Shown: positions 12,481 through 25,779 of the stretch, piece by piece
Layout of the letters: each line of letters starts with the position of its first letter
How positions within the stretch are numbered: the stretch's first letter is position 1
Source of the DNA: Eledone cirrhosa
Taxonomy: Eukaryota
Direction of reading: 5' to 3'
DNA length: 64,000 nucleotides
NCBI GenBank assembly: GCA_964016885.1
Contig: OZ024756.1
Location: 11,532,001-11,596,000 of the forward strand
Position numbers and translations under genes: made by a program
The notes under the pieces: model-generated
What the model was told of the DNA's origin: nothing
The model's input: only the letters and a program-made list of their open reading frames with translations
Database searches by the model: none

Positions 12481-13610
12481 GTGGTGGTGGTGGTGGTGGT
12501 GGTGGTAGTGGCGGCGGTGGCGGTGGAGATGTGGTGGTGGCGGTGGAGATGTGGTTATGGTGGAGATATAGTGATGATGATGATGTGGTGGTGGTGGTGG
12601 ATATGTGGTGGTGGCGGTGGAGATGTGGTTATGGTGGTGGTGGTGGAGATGTAGTGATGATGATGATGTGGTGGTGGAGCTGTGGTTATGGTGGTGGAGA
12701 TGTGGTGGTTATAGTGATGATGATGTGGTGGTGGTGGTGGTGGATATGTGGTGGTGGCGGTGGATATGTGGTGGTGGCGGTGGAGATGTGGTTATGGTGG
12801 TGGAGGTGGAGATGTAGTGATGATGTGGTGGTGGTGGAGATGTCGTGATGATGATGATGTGGTGGTGGTGGAGATGTAGTGATGATGATGATGTGGTGGT
12901 GGTGGTGGTCATTGTGATGATGTGGTCATTGTGGTGGTGGTGGTGGTGGAGATGTGATGATGGGGCTGTGATAGTGGTGTGGTGGTGATGGGGCTGTGAT
13001 AGTGGTGTGGTGGTGATGGGGCTGTGATAGTGGTGTGGTGATGGTGGAGATGTGGTGATGGGGCTGTGATAGTGGTGTGGTGGTGATGGGGCTGTGATAG
13101 TGGTGTGGTGGTGATGGGGCTGTGATAGTGGTGTGGTGATGGTGGAGATGTGGTGATGGGGCTGTGATAGTGGTGTGGTGGTTGTGGAGATGGGGCTGTG
13201 ATAGTGGTGTGGTGATGGTGGAGATGTGGTGATGGGGCTGTGATAGTGGTGTGGTGGTTGTGGAGATGGGGCTGTGATAGTGGTGGTGGAGATGGTGGAG
13301 ATGTGGTGATGGGGCTGTGATAGTGGTGTGGTGGTTGTGGAGATGGGGCTGTGATAGTGGTGGTGGAGATGGTGGAGATGTGGTGATGGGGCTGTGATAG
13401 TGGTGTGGTGGTTGTGGAGATGGGGCTGTGATAGTGGTGGTGGAGATGGTGGAGATGTGGTGATGGGGCTGTGATAGTGGTGTGGTGGTGATGGGGCTGT
13501 GATAGTGGTGTGGTGGTGATGGGGCTGTGATAGTGGTGTGGTGGTGGTGGAGATGGTGGAGATGTGGTGATGGGGCTGTGATAGTAGTGTGGTGGTGGTG
13601 GTAGTAGATG
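12481..13610. repeat. GGT/GAT-rich compound minisatellite
   Basis: Units such as gatggggctgtgatagtggtgtggt. Confidence 0.9.
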
Positions 13611-13777
13611 ATTAAGGAAAGGGTGGAAGATAAAGATAGGTAGAGAGAGAGGGGGAGGAGGAGATTTAATTAATAATTTTCTAATGGCTGTTGCTCAGCT
13701 TTGATTGTTTTTTACTGAATGAAGAAATATTGATAGTGACATTTGGAAAGAAAGGGAGATAAATATAGAAATAAAAT

Positions 13778-15309
13778 CACACACACACACACACACACAC
13801 ACCACACACCACACACAGACACACACACACACACACACCACACACCACACCACACACACCACACACCACACACAGACACACACACACCACACACCACACC
13901 ACACACACCACACACCACACACAGACACACACACACCACACACAGACAGACACACACACACCACACCACACACACCACACACCACACACACACACACGAA
14001 CACACCACACCACACACACCACACACCACACACAGACACCACACACCACACACAGACACACACCACACACACCACACACCACACCACACACACCACACAC
14101 CACACACAGACACACACACACCACACACCACACCACACACACCACACACCACACACAGACACACACACACCACACACACACACACACCACACACACGAAC
14201 ACACCACACCACACACACCACACACCACACACAGACACACACACACCACACCACACACACCACACACCACACACAGACACACACCACACCACACACACAC
14301 ACACACCACACACACCACACACCACACCACACACACCACACACCACACACAGACACACACACACCACACACCACACCACACACACCACACACAGACACAC
14401 ACACACCACACACCACACCACACACACCACACACCACACCACACACACCACACACCACACACCACACACCACACACAGACACACACACACCACACCACAC
14501 ACCACACACAGACACACACACACCACACACACACACACACACACCACACACCACACCACACACACCACACACCACACACAGACACACACACACCACACAC
14601 ACACACCACACACCACACACAGACACACACACACCACACACCACACCACACACACCACACACCACACCACACACACCACACACCACACACCACACACCAC
14701 ACACAGACACACACACACCACACCACACACCACACACAGACACACACACACCACACACACACACACACACCACACACCACACCACACACACCACACACAG
14801 ACACACACACACCACACACACACACACACACACCACACACCGCACCACACACACCACACACCACACACAGACACACACACACCACACCACACACACACAC
14901 ACACACACACCACACCACACACACACACACACACACACACACCACACACACCACACACCACACACACACACCACACACACACACACACACCACACCACAC
15001 ACCACACACCACACACCACACACAGACACACACACACCACACACCACACCACACACACCACACACAGACACACACACACCACACACACACACACACACAC
15101 CACACACACACACCACACACCACACACCACACACAGACACACACACACCACACACCACACCACACACACCACACACCACACACAGACACACACACACCAC
15201 ACACACACACACACACACCACACCACACACCACACACCACACACACACACACACACACACCACACACCACACACACACCACACACACCACACACACACAC
15301 ACGAACACA

Positions 15310-15344
<35 letters not shown>

Positions 15345-15740
15345 GTCACTCACTCACTCACAGACAAACACACACACACACACACAAACAGACACAGACA
15401 TATATACACTCACAGATTCACCCACTCACTCACAGACACGGACACACAGTCACTCACACACATACACACTCACACAGACACACTGACATACTCACACACA
15501 GACAGACGCTCAGATGATTGCACAGACATGCGCACACACTCAGACACAGGCACACACACTCAGACATGCACACACGCACGCACGCACACACACATATACA
15601 TATGCTGACACTTGCAGACACACATACAAACAGTCACTCACACACATATACACACTCACAGACAGGCACTCACACACACACACGCTCACAGATATACACA
15701 TACATATGCTGACACTCACACACACACATACACACATACA
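13778..15740. repeat. (CA)n/(CACAC)n compound tract
   Basis: Direct; source of the spurious 500-600 aa ORFs. Confidence 0.95.
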
Positions 15741-16295
15741 TCAAAATAAACAAATAGCAAATGGAGATAATAAATAAAAAGGTTTCATGAAAGCAGCTGT
15801 AAATTATGTTTTTAACATTTATTTTGTGAAACAAAACAAAACAAAACAATAGTAAGTCTTATAAATAAAATAAAAAAAAATATATTTAAATTTGCTGACT
15901 TTAAAAGACAGGTTTCTTTTTAATTTACTTTGAGTATTGTTTAATTTTTTTAAAGTATCTATTTTGTTTTATATATTTATGTATCTGTTCAGTTATTTTT
16001 TTTTTCTATCTGAAGATGAATATTATTTTTTTATTATTATTATTATATTTATTATTATTATTGTTATTATTAGTAGAGGTAGTAGTAGTTTTGTGGAAGT
16101 CTTTTTTGTTTATCAACAAGTTCAATGTGTTTTTAAAGACTTTGTTAATTATGTATTAGGTGCTATGGTGGTTCCATTGAACTTTTCCTCTCAACACAAG
16201 AATAATGAAGAAGAAGAAATGCCAACGGTTTATAAAGAAATATTTCTTGTCAAAAGTAAATGTGTTGTAGGATTTATGTAGGCATTAGTAGAAGG

Positions 16296-18008
16296 TGTGA
16301 CTGTGTGGTTCAGCAGTTTGGTTTTACAACTACACTAATACATGGTCTTAGGTTCTATCTCCACTGTGTGGCTGTGTGGTTCAGCAGTTTGGTTTTACAA
16401 CTACACTAATACATGGTCTTAGGTTCTATCTCCACTGTGTGGCTGTGTGGTTCAGTAGTTTGGTTTTACAACTACACTAATACATGGTCTTAGGTTCTAT
16501 CTCCACTGTGTGGCTGTGTGGTTCAGCAGTTTGGTTTTACAACTACACTAATACATGGTCTTAGGTTCTATCTCCACTGCGTGGCTGTGTGGTTCAGCAG
16601 TTTGGTTTTACAACTACACTAATACATGGTCTTAGGTTCTATCTCCACTGTGTGGCTGTGTGGTTCAGCAGTTTGGTTTTACAACTACACTAATACATGG
16701 TCTTAGGTTCTATCTCCACTGTGTGGCTGTGTGGTTCAGTAGTTTGGTTTTACAACTACACTAATACATGGTCTTAGGTTCTATCTCCACTGTGTGGCTG
16801 TGTGGTTCAGTAGTTTGGTTTTACAACTACACTAATACATGGTCTTAGGTTCTATCTCCACTGTGTGACTGTGTGGTTCAGTAGTTTGGTTTTACAACTA
16901 CAGTAATACATGGTCTTAGGTTCTATCTCCACTGTGTGGCTGTGTGGTTCAGTAGTTTGGTTTTACAACTACACTAATACATGGTCTTAGGTTCTATCTC
17001 CACTGTGTGACTGTGTGGTTCAGTAGTTTGGTTTTACAACTACACTAATACATGGTCTTAGGTTCTATCTCCACTGTGTGACTGTGTGGTTCAGTAGTTT
17101 GGTTTTACAACTACACTAATACATGGTCTTAGGTTCTATCTCCACTGCGTGACTGTGTGGTTCAGTAGTTTGGTTTTACAACTACAGTAATACATGGTCT
17201 TAGGTTCTATCTCCACTGTGTGGCTGTGTGGTTCAGTAGTTTGGTTTTACAACTACACTAATACATGGTCCTAGGTTCTATCTCCACTGTGTGGCTGTGT
17301 GGTTCAGTAGTTTGGTTTTACAACTACACTAATACATGGTCTTAGGTTCTATCTCCACTGTGTGACTGTGTGGTTCAGTAGTTTGGTTTTACAACTACAC
17401 TAATACATGGTCTTAGGTTCTATCTCCACTGTGTGACTGTGTGGTTCAGTAGTTTGGTTTTACAACTACACTAATACATGGTCTTAGGTTCTATCTCCAC
17501 TGTGTGACTGTGTGGTTCAGTAGTTTGGTTTTACAACTACACTAATACATGGTCTTAGGTTCTATCTCCACTGTGTGGCTGTGTGGTTCAGTAGTTTGGT
17601 TTTACAACTACACTAATACATGGTCTTAGGTTCTATCTCCACTGTGTGGCTGTGTGGTTCAGCAGTTTGGTTTTACAACTACACTAATACATGGTCCTAG
17701 GTTCTATCTCCACTGCGTGACTGTGTGGTTCAGTAGTTTGGTTTTACAACTACACTAATACATGGTCTTAGGTTCTATCTCCACTGTGTGGCTGTGTGGT
17801 TCAGCAGTTTGGTTTTACAACTACACTAATACATGGTCTTAGGTTCTATCTCCACTGTGTGACTGTGTGGTTCAGTAGTTTGGTTTTACAACTACACTAA
17901 TACATGGTCTTAGGTTCTATCTCCACTGTGTGGCTGTGTGGTTCAGCAGTTTGGTTTTACAACTACACTAATACATGGTCTTAGGTTCTAGCTCCACCGT
18001 GTGGCTGT
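16296..18008 (+). repeat. 71-bp tandem array (about 24 copies) of a tRNA-like SINE head
   Basis: Unit gtgtggctgtgtggttcagtagtttggttttacaactacactaatacatggtcttaggttctatctccact, with A-box-like and B-box-like motifs. Confidence 0.9.
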
Positions 18009-18041
18009 GTGATGCTGGCACTTCAAGGTAAATGTCTTATA

Positions 18042-18254
18042 TTAACCCTTTAGCATTTAAACCAGCCATGTCAGGCCAAAATTCCCTCACTTCTTTCTGT
18101 TCAAACTGGCTTTAACTGGCCACCCATACTGATGTTAAGGCATTATTCTCAAAATAAATATCAAAATCTCATAGCTTTGATATTATGTGAGGTAAAACCT
18201 TTGCCATGAAAATACAATAGTAACTACAGAGTAATGGAAATGCTAAAGGGTTAA
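18042..18254. mobile_element. piggyBac-type MITE
   Basis: TTAA-CCCTTTAGCATTT ... AAATGCTAAAGGG-TTAA; copies at 33637, about 42170, 54462 and 61487. Confidence 0.85.
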
Positions 18255-18819
18255 TAAAACATTCAAGTCAACCATTTGTGAGTGAATTTGTTGGACAGAA
18301 ACTGTAAGGAAGCCTGTTTGTGTGTGTCCATGTGTCACCACCACCACCATCATTTTATTCATCCACTTTTCCATGCTGGCATGGGTTGGACATGATGTCT
18401 TGAGGCAATGTTTTACAGCCTGATGCCCTCCTAACACTATTCCTCTTACGACAAGGATACAGTGAATCTATTGTAAAACCTAAGACACAATATTAGATGT
18501 ATATATTATATGAATAGGATCTGATATAATATATTTTGGCTCTACATTTCATAGAGCGCTCCCCCCCTCTCTCTCTCTCTTTCTCTCTGCACTATTAACC
18601 TGTTTAACTTGCTTCGTTTTTTTTTGGCTCCAGTGGCTGATAGCTTCTTGACCGCCGTTTTCAGTTTGTTTGGCCTCTATAACGTATGTTAATTGCTCTG
18701 GTCTTCTTTTAGTCCATTGAGCGCTTGCCGCATATCTCGAAAATTGCGTTTCGCTTTGTTTTTGACCATAGCTGAAATACGATCTCGCTGAATTTATATT
18801 TATTTATATATATATATAT

Positions 18820-19062
18820 TTTATTTTACACCTAATTCTGTTTAGTTGACTGTATCTGGGCGATTACGTTGTCGAAATATTCGATAAATATTCCGCTACG
18901 GCCGACGCGAACGGCTAGTTTTGGTTATTTGTCGGAGATTTCTTCATAGAAGCCTCATTCTTATAGCCTGGTCTATTCGATTTTTTATATAGTTAATTAT
19001 GCTAATTGGGAGAGGAAATAGTATATATTTTATCTTGTGATTCTATAGACATGTTTTATGAT
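18820..19062 (+). mobile_element. Mini-element family I, 3' part
   Basis: About 240-bp reverse-complement match to 22019-22264; (TA)n flanks. Confidence 0.75.
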
Positions 19063-19516
19063 ATATATATATATAATTTTAAATGGATGTTAAAAGGATT
19101 ATGATGTTATATGTATTGTGTGTGTGTGTGTCTATTGTTATGGGTCACACCTTGCAGGTTAGGCCAGCCTTCTATGTGGCTGCGTCTCATCAGAGATTTC
19201 TTGGGTGTTTCAATGTTAGGGGGCACCAGATCTATAAGAGGGGTCTGTATCCATGTTTGTCTTTACATTCAACATCACTAGTGCTGATACCTGTTCTGCA
19301 TAAACAGATTCTTCTGCTTTGCTTAACAATTAGATATGTGAAGATCTACCTGTACCTTAATTAAGACACAGGTGAAGGCTGCCATCAAGAACAGTATTCA
19401 GCCATAAAATTCTGCCTCAGGAAGTTATGTCCAGCCCAAGTCAGCACAGAAAAATGGACATAAAGCTGATAATGAAGTTAGCAGGCATGGTTGGTTATAT
19501 AAGTTCAAGAACTTCA

Positions 19517-19858
19517 ATTTGTAACAATATAGTTTTAGGTTTAAACCCACAACAAGACACTTTAGTCAAGTGTAATTGTAACAATATAGTTTTAGGTTTA
19601 AACCCACAACAAGAGACTTTAGCCAAGTGTCTTTGTAACAATATAGTTTTAGGTTTAAACCCACAAGACACTCTAGCCAAGTGTAATTGTAACAATTTAG
19701 TTCTAGGTTTAAACCCACAACAAGACACTTTAGCCAAGTGTCTTTGTAACAATATAGTTCTAGGTTTAAACCCACAACAAGACACTCTAGCCAAGTGTCT
19801 TTGTAACAATATAGTTCTAGGTTTAAACCTATTACAAGACACTTTAGCCAAGTGTCTT
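19517..19858 (+). repeat. 57-bp tandem array (about 6 copies), probably SINE-derived
   Basis: tgtaacaatatagttttaggtttaaacccacaacaagacactttagccaagtgtctt. Confidence 0.85.
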
Positions 19859-20626
19859 TTGATCATGACTTAGCCATTGCAAAACCAGTCAATCCTATCT
19901 AAAAAGAAACTTATTTTTAAATCAATAATAATTTCACTGTTTTCTAATTTTTTAGAACTTTTTCTTTTCTTTTTAAAAATAGAATAAAATTTACTTCTGA
20001 AAATGTTTCAGTCGTGTGAGATGATATTTCGAAATTGATAAGTGCTGGAACATTTTGAAAGTTTGGATGGGAATGTTTAAATTGATAAGAGGTTGGAACG
20101 TTTTGGAAGTTTGGGTGGGAATTTCTAGAATGTACTAAATCTCAACTAATTGTAAACCAAACTTCTAAGAGTTTATGTAAAAGACATTAAACATTAAAAA
20201 CACCAATTTGAATCAGTAAAGAATAACATGTCATTCGGACCTGCTGTTTTCTGTAGAAATTGGGGCGGCTTATAATATCTAATATAATTTACATTAAAAT
20301 GCCTCAAGTTAATTTATAATTTGATCAACCCTTCCGATGTCAAACTGCCTGAAACTGTATCCGGTTCTGTGATGCCAAATTGTTTATTTTATAGTGTTGA
20401 TATTTATCTAAAAACTCTTGTAATTTTCTTAAATTATGCACCAAACACCAGCTTAAGGAAGAAAAAAAAAAAAGTTAAGTTATATTACTGAATCTTTCCA
20501 GGCTCTTGATTAAATTCAAAATTATTTGAAAATCATAAACAGTATTTTTCATCAGAAATATGATTACCAATGTGACCAAAACCGACTCTGTAGTGTAATT
20601 CAGTTGCCCTGAAAGTGATATACAGA

Positions 20627-20790
20627 CAGTAATCCCCCGCTATATCGCGGTTCATTTTTCGCGGTCCCGTTACATCGCGGATATTTCTTTGGAATGTATC
20701 TAATTTCCTATCGCGGTAATCCTCGCCACATCGCGGATTTTTTGTTAGAACATATCTATTTTCTCATCACGGTACGTCTGAATAAAAAGT
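20627..20790. mobile_element. Tigger/pogo-like MITE end
   Basis: cagtaatcccccgctatatcgcggttca terminus with repeated atcgcgg subterminal motifs; second TIR not found. Confidence 0.5.
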
Positions 20791-21103
20791 GTTTACATTT
20801 TAAACTTATTAAATAAGTTTCAATGTTATTAAAGTGTATATCGTAAGGAAGGGACATCTTAAGGCTTTAATTATGAAAAAATGTTTCTATTTTTCATTCC
20901 ATTACTGTTTTACTGATTGTGTTTTGCTCTAATCTACTACAAACCCATCATAGATTGATGGGAGATGTGCAGTGTATTACCAAGTGGCTACCGTGGCTGG
21001 CAATGGTCCTCATTGGTAACTAGTGTACAATGGTTTTACCCTCTTTTTAATGTCTTTCCACCACTCCCCCTCACACCCTCGGAACTCTTTTCCTGCCCAC
21101 TTT

Positions 21104-21135
21104 TCTCCTGATGAAGGGCTTATGCCTGAAACGTC
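21104..21135 (+). ncRNA. Minimal hammerhead core, family D (stem I decayed)
   Basis: CTGATGA-AGGGC ttat GCCT-GAAA-CG-TC. Confidence 0.6.
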
Positions 21136-21243
21136 CCCCCCCAGCCCCCACTCTCAAGCGTGAACCTATTACTAACACTTTGTACTGCACTCTTCGCTAT
21201 ATATATATATATTAGTTTAACGCTTGAAATAATAGGAAGAGAG

Positions 21244-21279
21244 TCTTAACATTTCAGACACACGTCCTTCATCAGAAGA
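21244..21279 (-). ncRNA. Minimal hammerhead ribozyme, family D
   Basis: TCTT-CTGATGA-AGGAC gtgt GTCT-GAAA-TG-TT-AAGA; a partial relative lies at 33320-33370. Confidence 0.65.
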
Positions 21280-21584
21280 TAGTTAGAAATAGAAGATAAA
21301 TAGAAAGTAGAGTCATGAGAAGAAAGAAACTGGGAAAAATTAGGGGGAAAAAACAAAACAAACATGCATATTCAGTCAGCCATCTTATATTTGTAACATA
21401 TGTATGAATGTGTATATATATATATATGTATATATATATATGTATGTATGTATGTGTGTGTATATTTATGTGTGTGTGTGTGTGTGTATTTATGTGTGTG
21501 TGTGTGTGTATTTATATATGTGTGTGCGTGTATTTATGTGTGTGTATGTGTGTGTGTGTATTTATAAGTGTGTGCATGTGTATT

Positions 21585-21617
<33 letters not shown>

Positions 21618-21785
21618 TTATATGTGTGTGTGCGTGAATTTGTGTGTGTGTGTATTTGTGTGTGTGTGTGTGTTTATATGTGTGTGTGTGTTTATATATG
21701 TGTGTGTGTGTGTGTGTGTTTATATATGTGTGTGTGTGTGTGTGTGTGTTTATATATATGTGTGTGTATGTGTGTGTGTATATAA

Positions 21786-21945
21786 ATATTGTTATACTTG
21801 GGGAAGGTAATAATAACAGAACACACTCACACAGTGAGTGTGTTCTGTTATTATTTCTGGCAATATTATTACAATATGACCCTCCCCAAGTATAACAATA
21901 TTTGTTTCGACACACGATTTCATATCAAAAACCTTGCAAAACAAA
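21786..21945 (+). mobile_element. Family E fold-back copy
   Basis: Palindrome about 21786-21901 followed by the family tail gtttcgacacacgattt...aaaaccttgcaaaac. Confidence 0.75.
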
Positions 21946-21989
21946 TTCATATATATATTATATATATATTTAAAAAAAAAAAAAAATGA

Positions 21990-22018
<29 letters not shown>

Positions 22019-22020
<2 letters not shown>

Positions 22021-22337
22021 TCATAAAACATGTCTATAGAATCACCGGATAAAATATATACCATTTCCTCTCCCAATTGGCATAATTAACCATATAAAAA
22101 ATCGAATAGACCAGGCTATAAGAATGAGGCTTCTATGAAGAAATCTCCAACAAATAACCGAAACTAGCCGTTCGCGTCGGCTGCGACGGAATATTTATCG
22201 AATATTTTGACAGCGTAATCGCCCAGATATACAGTCAATTAAACAGAATTAGGTGTAAAATAAACTTGGAGAAAAGAGAATACATTTATTTACCTCGACC
22301 ATGGTTTCGTCCGCATTTTGAGATTTCCAATAACTTG
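22019..22337 (-). mobile_element. Mini-element family I with 3' half of HHR
   Basis: Minus strand GGAC-GAAA-CCATGG-TC-GAGG at 22293-22312, followed by the 240 bp shared with 18820-19062. Confidence 0.65.
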
Positions 22338-22748
22338 TATATATATATATATATATATATATATGAATTTGTTTTTCCTGGCCGATTAACTCACTCGATA
22401 TGCAAATTAGGCTGCTCAGCCGTTAATATGCATAAGGAAAGTATATACTTTCAAGTGTTCAATCATCTGACAGGAAGGTATACGATAGCTAATAAGCTTG
22501 AAACTAGTACATCGTTCCTGTGTCAGTGTTGAACAAAAGGGCAACGATGGTTACTGAACACTGTACGTCTTAATTTGGGCTGTTTGTTTACAAACAAACA
22601 AACCGAACATTATAATAAATGGTCGGTAAACCGATACGTGCATATATATATATATGTATATGTATGTATATATATATTCATACTACTGTACGTCTGTATA
22701 CATATATGTATCTACGTATGCATACTTATATTTATATATATATATAAT

Positions 22749-23071
22749 GGAGGCACATGGCTTAGTGGTTAGAGCATTGGCCTTGCAATCGAAAGGTTGT
22801 GAGTTCAATTCTCAGACCGGGTGATGTGTTGTTTCCTTGAGCAAGACACTTTATTTCACAGTTTACTCAGCTGTAGAAATGAGATGATAGGGACTGGGGT
22901 TCCTATCATTCCACTGCAAAGTGGTCGTGGAGGTGCCATGGCAAAAAAGCACCCAGCACTCACTGTAAATGAGGTTGGTGTTAGGAAGGGCATCCAGCTG
23001 TAGAAATCAAGCCAGAATCAGTTCCCATCCCACCCTTGCAAGCAGGGAAAAGCGGACGTAAAATGAAATGA

Positions 23072-23074
<3 letters not shown>
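22749..23074 (+). mobile_element. tRNA-derived SINE family 2 (V-like + Meta-like domains, RTE-type tail)
   Basis: Head GGAGGCACATGGCTTAGTGGTTAGAGC..GAGTTCAATTC, then TCCTTGAGCAAGACACTT, GGTGTTAGGAAGGGCATCC and tail CCCTTGCAAGCAGGGAAAAGCGGACGTAAAATGA. Confidence 0.85.
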
Positions 23075-23124
<50 letters not shown>

Positions 23125-23160
23125 GTATAGTATTAGAGATATATATAGAGATATATAGAT

Positions 23161-23391
<231 letters not shown>

Positions 23392-23635
23392 AACACACAC
23401 ACATGTATGTATTAGAGACTTTGTAATCGGTCAGCAGGAATCTATATACATGTGTGTGTGTGTATATATATATATATAACGAAGGAGGTGTGGTAAGGAA
23501 CCATGTGGACCATAACGCACCAGAGTACTCAATACTTAAGGTAGTAGAGTGGGTAATAGGAAAAAGTTTGACCCTGACAATGCACCCAATAGCTGTCAAA
23601 ACGGCTTGAGCTCTGCCATTGGGTCAAACTTTTTC

Positions 23636-23680
<45 letters not shown>

Positions 23681-23849
23681 TGTGTGTATATATGTGTGTG
23701 TGTACATATATGGGAGTGTGTGTTTATATATATGGGAGTGTGTGTATATATATGGGAGTGTGTGTATATATATGGGAGTGTGTATATATATATGGGAGTG
23801 TGTGTATATATATATATGTGAGTGTGTGTGTGTGTATATATATGTGTGT

Positions 23850-23893
<44 letters not shown>

Positions 23894-23938
23894 TCATCAT
23901 CATCATTTTACGTCTGCTTTTCCCTGGGACACATATAT

Positions 23939-23970
<32 letters not shown>

Positions 23971-24090
23971 ATAGAAATAGGATGTAGCTTCAAGCATTTC
24001 TAAAGAAATAGAATATGTTTACAGGGTAAAACATTTAGGAAGCCATAGCTATGCAAACACCAGGACTAACACCCTCTGGTGGTATCCGGC

Positions 24091-24091
24091 A

Positions 24092-24171
<80 letters not shown>

Positions 24172-24268
24172 ATATATGTGCGTATATATGTGTACATATA
24201 TATGTATGTATATATGTGTATGTATATATATATGTGTGTATATATATATATGTGTGTATATATATATA

Positions 24269-24301
<33 letters not shown>

Positions 24302-24392
24302 GTGTGTATATGTGTGTATATATATATATGTGTGTATATGTGTGTATATATATATATGTGTGTATATGTGTATATATGTGTGTATATATATA

Positions 24393-24449
<57 letters not shown>

Positions 24450-24616
24450 GTGTGTGTATATGTGTATCTATATATGTGTGTGTGTATATATATATATGTG
24501 TGTGTATATATATATTTGTGTGTGTGTATGTATATATATGTGTATGTATATATATGTGTGTATATATATATGTGTGTATATGTGTATATATGTGTGTATA
24601 TGTGTGTATATATGTA

Positions 24617-24712
<96 letters not shown>
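24091..24712. repeat. (TG)/(TA) compound microsatellite
   Basis: Direct; similar tracts at 21404-21785, 28254-29112, 35160-35740 and 58240-58760. Confidence 0.95.
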
Positions 24713-24713
<1 letters not shown>

Positions 24714-25246
24714 TTTTAAATTTATTTTGAGAAATTGAATTTTACTTGCTTCACTTATCTCAATTTTATAGTTCTGATGTCAAATTAATACCATAGAATA
24801 CCACTGTACCATCGACACCCTATATATTTCCAGGGGTACTTAGTACCTGTGGAGATATTATTCTCCTTTTATATTTACTCCGTTATGTTGAGAACAAATC
24901 TGTTGTTTTATTTAGCTGCTATTTTTAGTGGTGTGATAGACAACACATCTATGTTTACTTCCTGCTTCTACTAAGGGTTGGCTCATGCATAGGTCAACTT
25001 TACGGCCTCATTCGATCCTGTGCTAGCTGGCAGGTGGTAATATATTTTGCCGTTCTTGGGACTTTTGTCCTAGCAAAGGAAAATGCTCTCTGATGATCCG
25101 AACATTTCCATTGGAGATCCCTAGGATCTCCAATCTTTTGTAAGGTGAAACCGTTGGTAAAAGCAAATGGATTAGGTAAATATTTAAATTATATTTTTTA
25201 ATTTATTTTGAGAAATTGTTTGAATTTTACTTGCACCGCTTATCTC

Positions 25247-25251
<5 letters not shown>
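24711..25251 (+). mobile_element. HHR mini-element with about 55-bp terminal direct repeats (about 480-nt period), retrozyme-like
   Basis: tttattttgagaaattg..aattttacttgc...cttatctcaa at about 24721 and about 25202; internal HHR; (TA)n flanks. Confidence 0.7.
25085..25164 (+). ncRNA. Type I hammerhead ribozyme
   Basis: GCTCT-CTGATGA-TCC..ATTGGAGATCC cta GGATCTCCAAT..GGT-GAAA-CC gtt GG-TA-AAAGC. Confidence 0.75.
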
Positions 25252-25282
<31 letters not shown>

Positions 25283-25395
25283 AAAGTTCTATTTAAAATT
25301 GTTGGGATACAACAAGTAAATATTTTATAACTGATATAAAGCACTCAACAAGTTTTTGGAGTAGATATACGATATATCCAGACAGCTTCCAAAAA

Positions 25396-25579
25396 TAATT
25401 GTTTCTACTTTAGGCACAAGGCCAGCAATTACCCAGTGCATTACTGGTACTTTATTTTATCGACCCCGTAAGGATGAAAGGCAAAGTCAACCTCGGCGGG
25501 ATTTGAACTCAGATCGTAAAGGGACATAACTATGCTGGAAAGCATGGTGTCTGACCCTCTACCGATACTGCCAATCCAC
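25396..25579 (-). mobile_element. SINE family 1 with 16-18 bp TSD, inserted in a family B element
   Basis: acagcttccaaaaataat at 25382-25399 and 25578-25595. Confidence 0.9.
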
Positions 25580-25648
25580 AGCTTCCAAAAATAATGGTTG
25601 CATTTAATAGGGTACGTCAAAATTATTTATAAAACTGTTTATATATTG

Positions 25649-25713
25649 TATTTTGTCTGATGAAGACATACCATATTTTAATTTGGTATCTCTGAAATAT
25701 GTATAATGAAATA
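25649..25713 (+). ncRNA. Type I hammerhead ribozyme, family B
   Basis: TATTTTGT-CTGATGA-AGACATACCA..TGGTATCTCT-GAAA-TATGTA-TA-ATGAAATA. Confidence 0.85.
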
Positions 25714-25779
25714 AATATGGTTTTATAAATATAGTTTCCATTTATTAATATTGTATATATATATATATATATAATATAT

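Noticed and set aside
13695-15608. 500-620 aa ORFs (Cys/Val/Trp or His/Thr-rich), and the many YI/CV/HT ORFs elsewhere
   Set aside because: They are translations of CA/TA/TG microsatellites, open in multiple frames on both strands, with no domain signal.
16296-18008. CRISPR-like array (also considered for 39022-40190 and 62950-63975)
   Set aside because: Units are contiguous with no unique spacers, the context is eukaryotic, and there are no cas genes.
19155-19200. CTGATGA plus hairpin on the minus strand
   Set aside because: No GAAA, stem III or stem I partner.
18820-22264. A 3.4-kb transposon bounded by 240-bp TIRs
   Set aside because: No TSD or transposase; one copy extends into an HHR half, so two independent insertions of one family is simpler.
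22749-22822. tRNA gene
   Set aside because: The tRNA-like head continues into a SINE body in every copy, and no acceptor stem closes.
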